This document shows, in pieces, positions 46,268 to 55,487 of a stretch of 64,000 nt of DNA. The position numbers and the translations under genes are program-made. The notes beneath the pieces were generated by a model, which was not told the origin of the DNA, searched no databases, and saw only the letters and a list, made by a program, of their open reading frames with translations. The number at the start of each line of letters is the position of its first letter. The stretch's first letter is position 1. This DNA comes from a bacterium (GTDB lineage: Bacteria; Bacteroidota; Bacteroidia; Chitinophagales; JADIYW01): contig JBBCIS010000003.1 of the NCBI GenBank assembly GCA_037189845.1, positions 385,477-449,476 of the forward strand. Reading direction: 5' to 3'.

Positions 46268-48616
46268 TCAATTCTTAACTAAATGTAGCCGGGAAATCAA
46301 TTCCTGCAATTTGGTCTGATGGAGAGAGCCATCCGGATGCTGTGTCCATAATGCTTCCTGGATCTGAGCCTCGTCTTTCAGCTCATTTTCTCCCAGAATA
46401 TGTAACACACCTATCAGCTTGTGAAAGATTAAAGATATATTTTCCGGATTGCCACTTCCGGCCTGATTTTCCAACTGAGTGATATAAGTTTTGAGTTCTG
46501 TTCTGGCCTGATCGATAATGGGCTTGTGCTCAGGATTATTTTCGTCAAAAATCAACTCTTCCGTTTCTGTTCCGAAATCCTCATCAAATGCGAAATACTT
46601 GTGGATGACTTTCAGTAATTGTATCTCTGTAAATGGCTTTTCCAGAATATCACTGAATCCAAACTCATCCAGAACATCTTTCGTGTAATGAGCTGCTGTC
46701 ACCGCTATTACAGGCAGAGATCTCACATCTTCTTTTTCGTGATTTCTGATCGCCCGGCAGATTTGCTTTCCTGAAATTTCCTGAAGATTCATATCCAGCA
46801 ATACTAAATCGAAATGATTTTCTGCTAAAGCTGGTATTACCTGATGGCCATCTTCCAGCTGGGTGAGCTGTACATTGTATTTTTTTAGAATATACTCTAT
46901 CAATTGTAAGTTGACTTTCACATCGTCCACTACTAAAATTCTCGCCTGCTCAATATTCTTTCCTAAGTCAGCCTTCTGCTCATCAGAAATTACTTCCTCA
47001 ATATCACCTTCTCCGCTTTTATACGGGATGAAGAATCCGAAAACAGTTCCTTTCCCTACTTCACTTTTTACTTCTAGCTCCCCACCCTGCAATTCTATCA
47101 GTTCTTTGGTAATGCTCAATCCCAGCCCTGTCCCCTGCGAATTGACCTGGTCACGTGTGGAAGCCTGTTCGAATGCGTTAAAGATTTTTTTCAAATCCTC
47201 TTCAGTCATCCCCACACCTGTATCAGCAACTTTCACATGCAGATTACCTTGCCGGTCCGACAGTGGCTCATACTTTAAAGTGACATTGACAGATCCTTCT
47301 GACGTGTATTTTATGGCATTATCCACTATATTCAGGAGTACCTGTCTTAGTCTCAATGCATCACCTTCTAATTTTTCCGGTAATGTTCCTGTAATCTCAA
47401 AAGTGGATTTCAAACCTTTTTCTGATGCATTTTTTTCAACGATCAGCTCTAGCTCTCTTGCCATCTGACCCGGATCAAAAGTAATATTCTTCAGAGAAAA
47501 TTTGCCTGCATTCAATTTGCTGAAATCCAGAATATCGTTCAGAATGTGCTTTAAATGCCGTGCAGATTTGTAAATAATCTGAGAGATTTCTGCTCTTTTA
47601 TGATCGTCCCTTTCATTTTCCAGCTGCTCGGAAAATCCTATCACAGCATTCAATGGTGTTCTCAATTCATGACTGACATTGTAGAGGAATGTTTCTTTGG
47701 CTTTTGCAAAAGCTTCCACTTCATGATTGGCTTTTTGTAGTGCAGCAGTATAGCTTTTACTTTTCTTAATAAAGTTGATGATCACGACAATGGTCACCAA
47801 CATCAGCAAAGTTCCCAACAAACAAAAAATAGTAATGAACTTATAGGTTTTTGCAGTCAGCTCAGATGACTCCAGCGTATTTTTTACAATCTGCTGCTTT
47901 TCTATTTCCTGCAATTGGAATATCAGTGAGCGTATCCGGCCCATAATTTCCTCATCTTGCTTCAAAAGAGCAAATTCCTGATATTTAATGTCTTTCAATT
48001 GTGTCAGCTGATCGCTTTTTACTCCTGTAAGCTCATTCCCTATTTCGGTTTTCATTCTCGCAAGAACATTTTCCGGCTTAGCAGCTTCTTTTTCTTTTTT
48101 GATTCTGTTGCGTTCTTCTTTACCTACAAACAATTTTTTACTTTTTGTAATTTTCTTGTTCGCTTCATCAGCAATGCTGAGCTTGGAATCAATACGCTTG
48201 AGTTCTTCAGTGACCAATTCATTGTTCCTGAGCAGCAAAATTGCTTCCAGCACATCATTTTTATGCTGTACCAAACCCTTTAATGAATCTGCCAGTATCC
48301 TGCTTTTAGGGTCACCGGAAGCGTTATGGGAAATGGAGTCCATCAGACCATATACACCATCCAGAATTTTTGCATAAGGTTCCAGATATTGTTTATCTCT
48401 CGTGAGATTATAAGATTTTACACTACTTTCAGCATGAGACAGCTCCGAAGTAAGAGACTCCAGCAATAATAACTTAAGGTCGGGATTACTCGCCTTATTG
48501 ATATTATCTACAACCCGGTTCAGATTGACAAATGCTAAAATTCCTGTACCTGCAATGAAAATAAAAGCCATCGAAAGTACAATTATGCTAATCTTTTCCA
48601 GATTAATTTTCCTCAT
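46268..48616 (-). CDS. hybrid sensor histidine kinase (TM sensor - HisKA - HATPase - receiver - HPt)
   Basis: H-box NVSHELRTPLNAV; G-box GTGLGLSI; receiver ILVVDDVKVNLQL...LLDMNLQ; C-terminal HPt-like FHKLIGVLHILG. Confidence 0.85.
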   Translation of the reverse strand: MRKINLEKISIIVLSMAFIFIAGTGILAFVNLNRVVDNINKASNPDLKLLLLESLTSELSHAESSVKSYNLTRDKQYLEPYAKILDGVYGLMDSISHNASGDPKSRILADSLKGLVQHKNDVLEAILLLRNNELVTEELKRIDSKLSIADEANKKITKSKKLFVGKEERNRIKKEKEAAKPENVLARMKTEIGNELTGVKSDQLTQLKDIKYQEFALLKQDEEIMGRIRSLIFQLQEIEKQQIVKNTLESSELTAKTYKFITIFCLLGTLLMLVTIVVIINFIKKSKSYTAALQKANHEVEAFAKAKETFLYNVSHELRTPLNAVIGFSEQLENERDDHKRAEISQIIYKSARHLKHILNDILDFSKLNAGKFSLKNITFDPGQMARELELIVEKNASEKGLKSTFEITGTLPEKLEGDALRLRQVLLNIVDNAIKYTSEGSVNVTLKYEPLSDRQGNLHVKVADTGVGMTEEDLKKIFNAFEQASTRDQVNSQGTGLGLSITKELIELQGGELEVKSEVGKGTVFGFFIPYKSGEGDIEEVISDEQKADLGKNIEQARILVVDDVKVNLQLIEYILKKYNVQLTQLEDGHQVIPALAENHFDLVLLDMNLQEISGKQICRAIRNHEKEDVRSLPVIAVTAAHYTKDVLDEFGFSDILEKPFTEIQLLKVIHKYFAFDEDFGTETEELIFDENNPEHKPIIDQARTELKTYITQLENQAGSGNPENISLIFHKLIGVLHILGENELKDEAQIQEALWTQHPDGSLHQTKLQELISRLHLVKN

Positions 48617-48807
48617 ATAAATAATGAATTGTAAAGGATAAAATTAAAAATATCCACTTGATTTTTAATAAATAACAAAAAAACCTGTTGAAAATTATAA
48701 CAATTATAAAGCGTTTGTAAAGTTATATTATATAAAATGTTATTTTATATTTACATGTTAGTTGTATACAGGAATGACTTGTAACTTAATGCCACAATGT
48801 CCGCAAT

Positions 48808-49446
48808 ATGCTTTTAGTTCTTATCGATGATCAACAACTGATTACCGGTGCGTTGAAAATACTCCTCTCTGATATTTTTGAAGAAGCAGAAATATTGTCT
48901 TTTAATAATCCTCAAACCTTTCTGGATACTTTTGAAGAAGGCAAAAATCCTGATATTATTTTCATTGACATCATCATGCCGGATATCAACGGTATTAAAC
49001 TGATAGAAATTGCGAAGAAAAAATTCAAAGGCAAAACCAAGCTGATTGCACTCAGCTCTTTAAGGGATATTTCTACCATCAAAAACGCATTGAATATCGG
49101 GGTAAATGGATATCTCTCAAAAGATGTTTCACCGGAAGAGCTTAAAGCCGCGATAGAAGAAGTGATGGCAGACAATACTTATGTAGAGAAAAACCTCCGC
49201 AGCCGGGCCATGCATTGTTTTGTAACAGAAGAAGATGTGGTATTGCAGCTGACTGACAGGGAACAGGAAGTTCTCAATGGCATCTGTGATGGGTTCTCTA
49301 TCAAAGAGATTGCTGCTCAATTGTACTTAAGCCATCACACTGTACAGTTTTATCACAAAAACATCATGAATAAGTTCAAGATCAAAAAGAATACTGAACT
49401 AATCGTTTTTGCAATTAAGCATGGGTTGTATGTGCCTAAGGGTTGA
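48808..49446 (+). CDS. response regulator, NarL/FixJ (LuxR HTH) family
   Basis: Receiver (MLLVLIDDQQL...FIDIIMPDINGI) plus LuxR HTH (LTDREQEVLNGICDGFSIKEIAAQLYLSHHTV); divergent from the hybrid kinase. Confidence 0.85.
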   Translation: MLLVLIDDQQLITGALKILLSDIFEEAEILSFNNPQTFLDTFEEGKNPDIIFIDIIMPDINGIKLIEIAKKKFKGKTKLIALSSLRDISTIKNALNIGVNGYLSKDVSPEELKAAIEEVMADNTYVEKNLRSRAMHCFVTEEDVVLQLTDREQEVLNGICDGFSIKEIAAQLYLSHHTVQFYHKNIMNKFKIKKNTELIVFAIKHGLYVPKG

Positions 49447-49447
49447 T

Positions 49448-50335
49448 CTACAATTTATTTCTGTCAAAAATCAGACTTCCCTTATTAAACAATAAAAGTC
49501 CCAGCAGTATAATTATTGAGCTGACCAGGAAGTTTTTGTCAGGTATCTCATTCAGTATAAATACTCCGAATACTGTAGCCAGCAATGGTGTGACAAACAT
49601 ATAATTGCTCACCTGTGAAGTGTTTTCTGCCAGTGAAAACGCTTTTGCCCAGGACACATAGGCTATTGCGGAAGAAAAAACGCCCATTGTCAAAATTACC
49701 AGCCCGGTAACAAGATTCATGCTTATAATTTCGGGATAAGATGCCGGCAGAAAATATAAAAAAGGTACTGTTCCCAGAAAAATACTGTACACAGATACCT
49801 GGAGAGAAGTATATTTTTTAGTCAGCTGCTTTTGAAAAATATTATACACACTCAGACAAAATGAAGCAAGCAGCAGCCACAGAATTCCAGTGTTTGCATT
49901 CAGATTTTTAACGCCGCCTGCCAGGAGGTAAATTCCCCAGAACTGTAACGCAATAGCTCCCCATTGAAACCATCTCAGCTTTTCTTTGTAAAAAATACTC
50001 GCAATCAATGCCGTAATAATCGGCACTGTAGCCATAATAACACTACTTGTTGCGGCTGTAACAGTTTGTGCGCCCTTATTGAATGTCAGCATAAAAAGGA
50101 AAAATCCACAGGTCCCGGAAAGTATAAATCCTTTCAGATCTTTCTTGTCAAATAATTGAACCTTGATAAAAAACAACATTATTATCAACGCAATCGAAGC
50201 AATCCCGTTGCGCAGCAATCCTACTGTCGTATAATGAAGCTCCTGCAGGGCAAGCCTGGTAAATACAAATGCCAGTCCCCACCCTACGATCGTTATCATT
50301 GCGTAGAGATGATAACTACTTCTCCATCGACTCAT
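49448..50335 (-). CDS. DMT-superfamily (EamA-like) transporter
   Basis: 10-TM duplicated EamA pattern; 295 aa. Confidence 0.75.
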   Translation of the reverse strand: MSRWRSSYHLYAMITIVGWGLAFVFTRLALQELHYTTVGLLRNGIASIALIIMLFFIKVQLFDKKDLKGFILSGTCGFFLFMLTFNKGAQTVTAATSSVIMATVPIITALIASIFYKEKLRWFQWGAIALQFWGIYLLAGGVKNLNANTGILWLLLASFCLSVYNIFQKQLTKKYTSLQVSVYSIFLGTVPFLYFLPASYPEIISMNLVTGLVILTMGVFSSAIAYVSWAKAFSLAENTSQVSNYMFVTPLLATVFGVFILNEIPDKNFLVSSIIILLGLLLFNKGSLIFDRNKL

Positions 50336-50677
50336 TCCTTATAATTCTAAGGCGAATTTATACTTATTCAATCACTTTAATAGTCACCAAAATATTATTT
50401 AGTTGTCAAAACAAGTAGTATTGAGTATTCGAACTGCTGATGAAATTGATGTCTGGACGTAAGCCTTTTCCTGAATCGTCATGTTGAACTTGATTCAGCA
50501 GCTGTACCTGAATCAGTATCTCTTTCAATCTGACAAATTCCGTGTCAGGCACTGAATGACGAATCAAACGACAACTGGCGTAAGCAAACTTTAAATCCGT
50601 GACACACTTAGAATAATCTCAGTGCCCGACGGCAAGACTTCAAACTTTAAAATGGTGGACAGTGAACAGTTGAACAT

Positions 50678-53476
50678 TTAATTCATCACAAACTGATAAG
50701 GTGAAAATTTATAGGCATCCGGATTTGCATTCTGGACAAATGGGATATCCGGATTTAAAATTTCTTCCAATAGATTAGTGAGCTGTTCAATGAACATACT
50801 TTGTGTTTCTGCAGGAATTTGTAATCCATCATTGAGATATTGAATTCCTTTGGATAAATCTCTGATACTATAAAAACCAATGATGGCAGAAGATTCATTT
50901 AATAAAAACTGATAAAACAATCCCTGAAATGTCTGCGGTTTTGTAGTATGATTGAATCGTTCAAAAACTTTGGAAAGATCCCTCAGATCACCTGCGAGTT
51001 CTACTTTTCCCGTTTTGTAATCCAGTATCCTGACTCCGGAACTGATCTTATCTACACGGTCAATTTTCCCCTGAAAGGAAATTTCCTGACGATCTTTCAA
51101 TGTAACAGATCGTTGCCGCTCTCCTTCCAGCAACAAAATTTCAAATGGCTCTTCTTCCGCCATTCTGATATCCGTTTCAATGATTTTTTTCAACGATTGC
51201 AAAATGATATCATATGCCAAAAGATTTTGGCCTTTGAGCTGATTAAAAGACTGGTATTCTGTTTCAAAAGCTTCTTTCAAAGTAATTTCCAACAGAGGGA
51301 GCTTTGCTCTGATTTTGTCTGCGGTCACTTGCTGCTGTAAAAAATCCTGATACAGGATCTCTATTGTTTTATGTAAAACATTTCCAAAAGAGCCCGCATC
51401 CATGATTTCCTCCGTTTCCCTGGGTTCTTCTATTTCTGCTACGTATTTCAGGTAAAATTGTACAGGACATCTGAGGTACAGAACCAATGCACTCTGAGAA
51501 TAACTTCTGTTCCGGAGAATTTCTATATGTTCAGGTGTTTTCTTTATAATTATTCGCCCGGTACTTTCTTCAGAACTCTTCTCCTTGGTGTGATCTTTCA
51601 ACGGATATGACCAGCTGGTTCGGGTGATGATATTTTCCGGGGTGTTCAATTCCAGCATGATCTGTCCCAGAAATCTGCTTCTCTCAAAAGGCTGCTCACC
51701 CGGAACATTGTTATAAATCAGATGGCTTTCTTCCGATCTTTTGAGCAGTCTGTAAAAATGATAAGCATATATTCCATCAAAAGCTTTCAAAGTAGGTAAT
51801 CCGAAAGGCTTCCTAAGATTATAAGGAATATAGGAGTTACCTCTTCTCGATCTGGGTAAAATCTCTTCATTGGCACCCACTATAATCACTCTGTCAAAAT
51901 CCATCAATCTAGATTCAAGAAAGCCCATCACTTGAACAGGCATTTTCTGATCAGAGAGGAATGGAACTGCTATTGATTTAATATGTGAAAGCAACAGCTG
52001 ATATATTGCCTTAAAAGATACTTTTGATTCAAATGGCTCCAATATGACCTGCTTATCATAAATGGCCTGGATAAAATACGGGATAATGATTCCCAGCTGT
52101 TGGTTTTGCCCCTGGATATTTTCTTTTAGTTTTTCCAGTGACCGGATCCAGAATCTGCACAATTCTCTCAGGCTAGCAAAGCGCTCTCCCTCTCCGGAAA
52201 GTAACAGATCTATATGGCCGCTCAGATTTTTCTTGCTGAAGAAAAAAACAGATGAATCCAGAAATCTCTTTTTAAACTGTCTGACGTTGGCATCATCCAC
52301 CAGTATTCTGAAATAGGAATGCTTGAATAATCTGTTCAGCTCCGATTTATGTATCGTTTCACTGCTGTTGATCCGGTATAAGATCTCCAGCCAATCTGTC
52401 ACAGAAGACTCACCAACCGGAAAGCTCATAGTGATATTCGTCATATCCAGATCCTTCAGCTCATATAAAAATGATTCCAGTATATTTTCCTCACAAAGTA
52501 CAACTCCGGTTCTTTTCCCGTCATTGAGCGCAATATATTTTTTCAGAATGTCTGCAGCTACTTTGACCTGACCCTGATGAAGAGGAGCTCCGTGAAGGTG
52601 ATATTTCTTCCGGGTACTGAGTACGCTTCCATCTTTCCAGAAAGATTTGATTCCCGGGAAAAGAGTCTTATACACCCGTAAGAAATCTCCGGCCTCATGA
52701 TAATTATTGTCCATGAAGTAATCATCAGCATCCCAATACATCGCTACATCTGACAAATCAGCGAGCTTTTTAATCAGCAATACATCCAGATCCGCAAAAG
52801 CATTAAACCCTGCAAAATGAATGTGGCTATACGGGAAAACAACAGATTCTGCATTCTTTATTTCATGATAATAGGTACGGAATGCGAGTCCCTCATACGC
52901 CAGCATCTTATTTTTTAAAGCCAGCGCATATTCCTGGTAAATTTTCCCAACGACTTCCCATGTTTTAATAAATGATTGCTCATAAGGCTTATCGGCATGT
53001 ACTACTTTCCAGAAATGCCGCATGATTTCTTTCAGCTCTTCATCTATTTTGAAATGCTCATCAATTTCTTTGATGTCCTGAATAATGGTGAAAAGCTTCT
53101 TCGCATCTACATTGTATTTATCTATCTCATCAAAATCCGAGAGCATCATCCTGCCCCAGGGTAGAAATTCCTCAAAAGATATTTCGTCCGGCCAGTGCTT
53201 CTGATAAATTTCGTAAAGCTCCAGCAGCAGAATATCATTATCAGGAACAGCAAATCCACTCAGCCTGGTCCAGAATTCATTGATAGAAATGACCTCCGGC
53301 ATCAGAAAAGCCCGTTCAGGATATGATTCCATTAAATACTGCATCAATACGGTACATGCTCTGCGTGACGGCAAAACGACAACTGTAGAAATCATACTTT
53401 CCACATCAGTTTCACAGATCTTCTGAGCAGCCCATTCCAGGAACGGAACATCTTTTTCGTCTTGATTCAGCAACAT
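50678..53476 (-). CDS. PD-(D/E)XK nuclease superfamily protein (AddB/RecB-like, inactivated helicase-like N-region)
   Basis: C-terminal ...RIDRVDKISSGVRILDYKTGKVE matches the PD-(D/E)XK D...(D/E)xK core; 932 aa; no adjacent AddA/UvrD-like partner. Confidence 0.6.
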   Translation of the reverse strand: MLLNQDEKDVPFLEWAAQKICETDVESMISTVVVLPSRRACTVLMQYLMESYPERAFLMPEVISINEFWTRLSGFAVPDNDILLLELYEIYQKHWPDEISFEEFLPWGRMMLSDFDEIDKYNVDAKKLFTIIQDIKEIDEHFKIDEELKEIMRHFWKVVHADKPYEQSFIKTWEVVGKIYQEYALALKNKMLAYEGLAFRTYYHEIKNAESVVFPYSHIHFAGFNAFADLDVLLIKKLADLSDVAMYWDADDYFMDNNYHEAGDFLRVYKTLFPGIKSFWKDGSVLSTRKKYHLHGAPLHQGQVKVAADILKKYIALNDGKRTGVVLCEENILESFLYELKDLDMTNITMSFPVGESSVTDWLEILYRINSSETIHKSELNRLFKHSYFRILVDDANVRQFKKRFLDSSVFFFSKKNLSGHIDLLLSGEGERFASLRELCRFWIRSLEKLKENIQGQNQQLGIIIPYFIQAIYDKQVILEPFESKVSFKAIYQLLLSHIKSIAVPFLSDQKMPVQVMGFLESRLMDFDRVIIVGANEEILPRSRRGNSYIPYNLRKPFGLPTLKAFDGIYAYHFYRLLKRSEESHLIYNNVPGEQPFERSRFLGQIMLELNTPENIITRTSWSYPLKDHTKEKSSEESTGRIIIKKTPEHIEILRNRSYSQSALVLYLRCPVQFYLKYVAEIEEPRETEEIMDAGSFGNVLHKTIEILYQDFLQQQVTADKIRAKLPLLEITLKEAFETEYQSFNQLKGQNLLAYDIILQSLKKIIETDIRMAEEEPFEILLLEGERQRSVTLKDRQEISFQGKIDRVDKISSGVRILDYKTGKVELAGDLRDLSKVFERFNHTTKPQTFQGLFYQFLLNESSAIIGFYSIRDLSKGIQYLNDGLQIPAETQSMFIEQLTNLLEEILNPDIPFVQNANPDAYKFSPYQFVMN

Positions 53477-53650
53477 TTTCAGGACTCTTGTTAAAAATAC
53501 AGATTATCTGAAAAGATGGCTAACGAACGGCAGATTTTGTCCCTTTTGCATTTGAATAAGCGGTGATACAAAATTATTTTGTCCAATATTTACTCTTTTT
53601 ATATATTATAATACTGCAAAAATATTTATAAATTCAGCAAATCTTATTTT

Positions 53651-55198
53651 ATGAAATATATTGCATCAATAGTATTTACCTCATTCATAATTTCTCTTGT
53701 TAGTGCGCAAAATCCTACTGTTAAATGGAGTCCGTTTTTCGAATCAAAAACAGATAGATTTATTAGGATTCCTTATTTTGATGCAAACTGTGTTTATACA
53801 ATTCGAATAAATCCTCAAAACTCCCAAGATTATATATTAGAAAAATACAATAGTGACTTTAAATTGAATGAAACTTTTAAGTTAAACGATGTTGATCTAA
53901 ATTACAATTTAGATAATAATACTGCTGATAATAAAGTTATACATGGATTGTTTCGTCTATCAGAAAAGAAGCAATCAAAAATGGCATATACACTTAGATC
54001 TTACGATCTTAGCAATGGTTCATTAATTAAAAAAACAGAGTTAGAACCAATAGCTGTATCTTCTGACATATATGAGCAAAACTTTCTTAATACCTCTGAA
54101 AACAAGAAATTCTCAATACTGTTACTAACCAACTATACACATTCAAAAAAATACTCAACGCCTAAAACGCTTAATATCACATTGTTTGATGCTAACGGAG
54201 AAAAAATTTGGCAGAAGAAAATTGCAAGTCCTGGTTTTAATACTTATCAAAGTAAAACTATTGATGTAAAGACAAACAATCAAGGCGATGTAATCATTTT
54301 GGAAAAAAATTACAATACTGAAAGCAATTCAACAAATGATATTCAACTCAAAGGCAGAAAAATTGTAACTAATTATAAATATTTCTATACCCTGATTACA
54401 GAAAATGGTAAAAAACAAGAAAGATTTGAACTTAAACACAACGAGGGCAGTCTGTATAATATAAAAATTGTAACAAATAAAACGAATGATAATTTTCAAA
54501 TTTTTGGTCATTGCTTTATGCAAGAAAAAGGAAATGCTATATACTATGGCGAAATTAGTCCAAAGGGAGAAATAGTTAAATCAGATGATAAATTACTAGA
54601 GAAAGATTTATTTGTTGACATAAATAAAAACAATAATGCAATCGATTTGCTTGGTACAAGCTTCCCGTTAGACGTAAGATTAAAAATAAATGCATTTATA
54701 GGCAAACAAGATGGTGGTGCATTTGCTGTTTTAGAATTTTATGATGTAATGAATGGAATATTTAATTCAAGCGGCAGATATGTTCAATATGATCACTATT
54801 ATGGCAGTATGTTAATTGTATCAATCAATCAACAAGGAGAAATTGTTTGGATTAAGAAGATCCCAAAAAATCAAGTTCATAAATCAGAAGATCACTCATC
54901 AGTCTTCGCATTTGTAAATAATAACCAATTAGGTTTAGTGTATAATGATCATCCGGAAAATTTAGACAAAGGATTAGAAGACAAATTTTCTTATACTAAA
55001 AACTTTAAAAACTCCATATGTATCCTGAGAAACATAGATTCCGAAGGAAAAGTATCAACTAAGAAATTATTTGACAATAAAGATATAGAAGGTATATTTA
55101 GCCCTGGAAAATCGAAGTATAATATAATATCGAAGATACTTATTATCAGAACTAATGAAAATGACAATTTCAAGATAGGTTTTGTCAACTTGGACTAA
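53651..55198 (+). CDS. hypothetical secreted protein in markedly AT-rich gene
   Basis: Signal peptide MKYIASIVFTSFIISLVSAQ; N/K/I-rich composition; GC visibly lower than flanking genes. Confidence 0.5.
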   Translation: MKYIASIVFTSFIISLVSAQNPTVKWSPFFESKTDRFIRIPYFDANCVYTIRINPQNSQDYILEKYNSDFKLNETFKLNDVDLNYNLDNNTADNKVIHGLFRLSEKKQSKMAYTLRSYDLSNGSLIKKTELEPIAVSSDIYEQNFLNTSENKKFSILLLTNYTHSKKYSTPKTLNITLFDANGEKIWQKKIASPGFNTYQSKTIDVKTNNQGDVIILEKNYNTESNSTNDIQLKGRKIVTNYKYFYTLITENGKKQERFELKHNEGSLYNIKIVTNKTNDNFQIFGHCFMQEKGNAIYYGEISPKGEIVKSDDKLLEKDLFVDINKNNNAIDLLGTSFPLDVRLKINAFIGKQDGGAFAVLEFYDVMNGIFNSSGRYVQYDHYYGSMLIVSINQQGEIVWIKKIPKNQVHKSEDHSSVFAFVNNNQLGLVYNDHPENLDKGLEDKFSYTKNFKNSICILRNIDSEGKVSTKKLFDNKDIEGIFSPGKSKYNIISKILIIRTNENDNFKIGFVNLD

Positions 55199-55216
55199 TC
55201 ACTAAACAATATGTAA

Positions 55217-55250
55217 ATGAGGAGCTGCAGTTGTGGCTCCTCATTTTTTT
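55217..55250 (+). terminator. intrinsic terminator
   Basis: ATGAGGAGC-N10-GCTCCTCAT followed by TTTTTTT. Confidence 0.8.
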
Positions 55251-55487
55251 ATTAGTAAAAATTTCTTTTTAGACATCTAAACTCATAAGCAATTTCCACC
55301 AACATAAAACACAATTAATTGATTATCAAAAATAATTCAAAAAACAATCCTATAAGTTCACACAATCTACACTTTTGACATAAAGTATTCTCATAAAACC
55401 CTGACAAATCCTACACAAACTCCCTTGTCAATCCTCTTTGCGGTAAAATCCAACCAAACTTAGCGTCGTAATCTTGCAGTGTAATCA

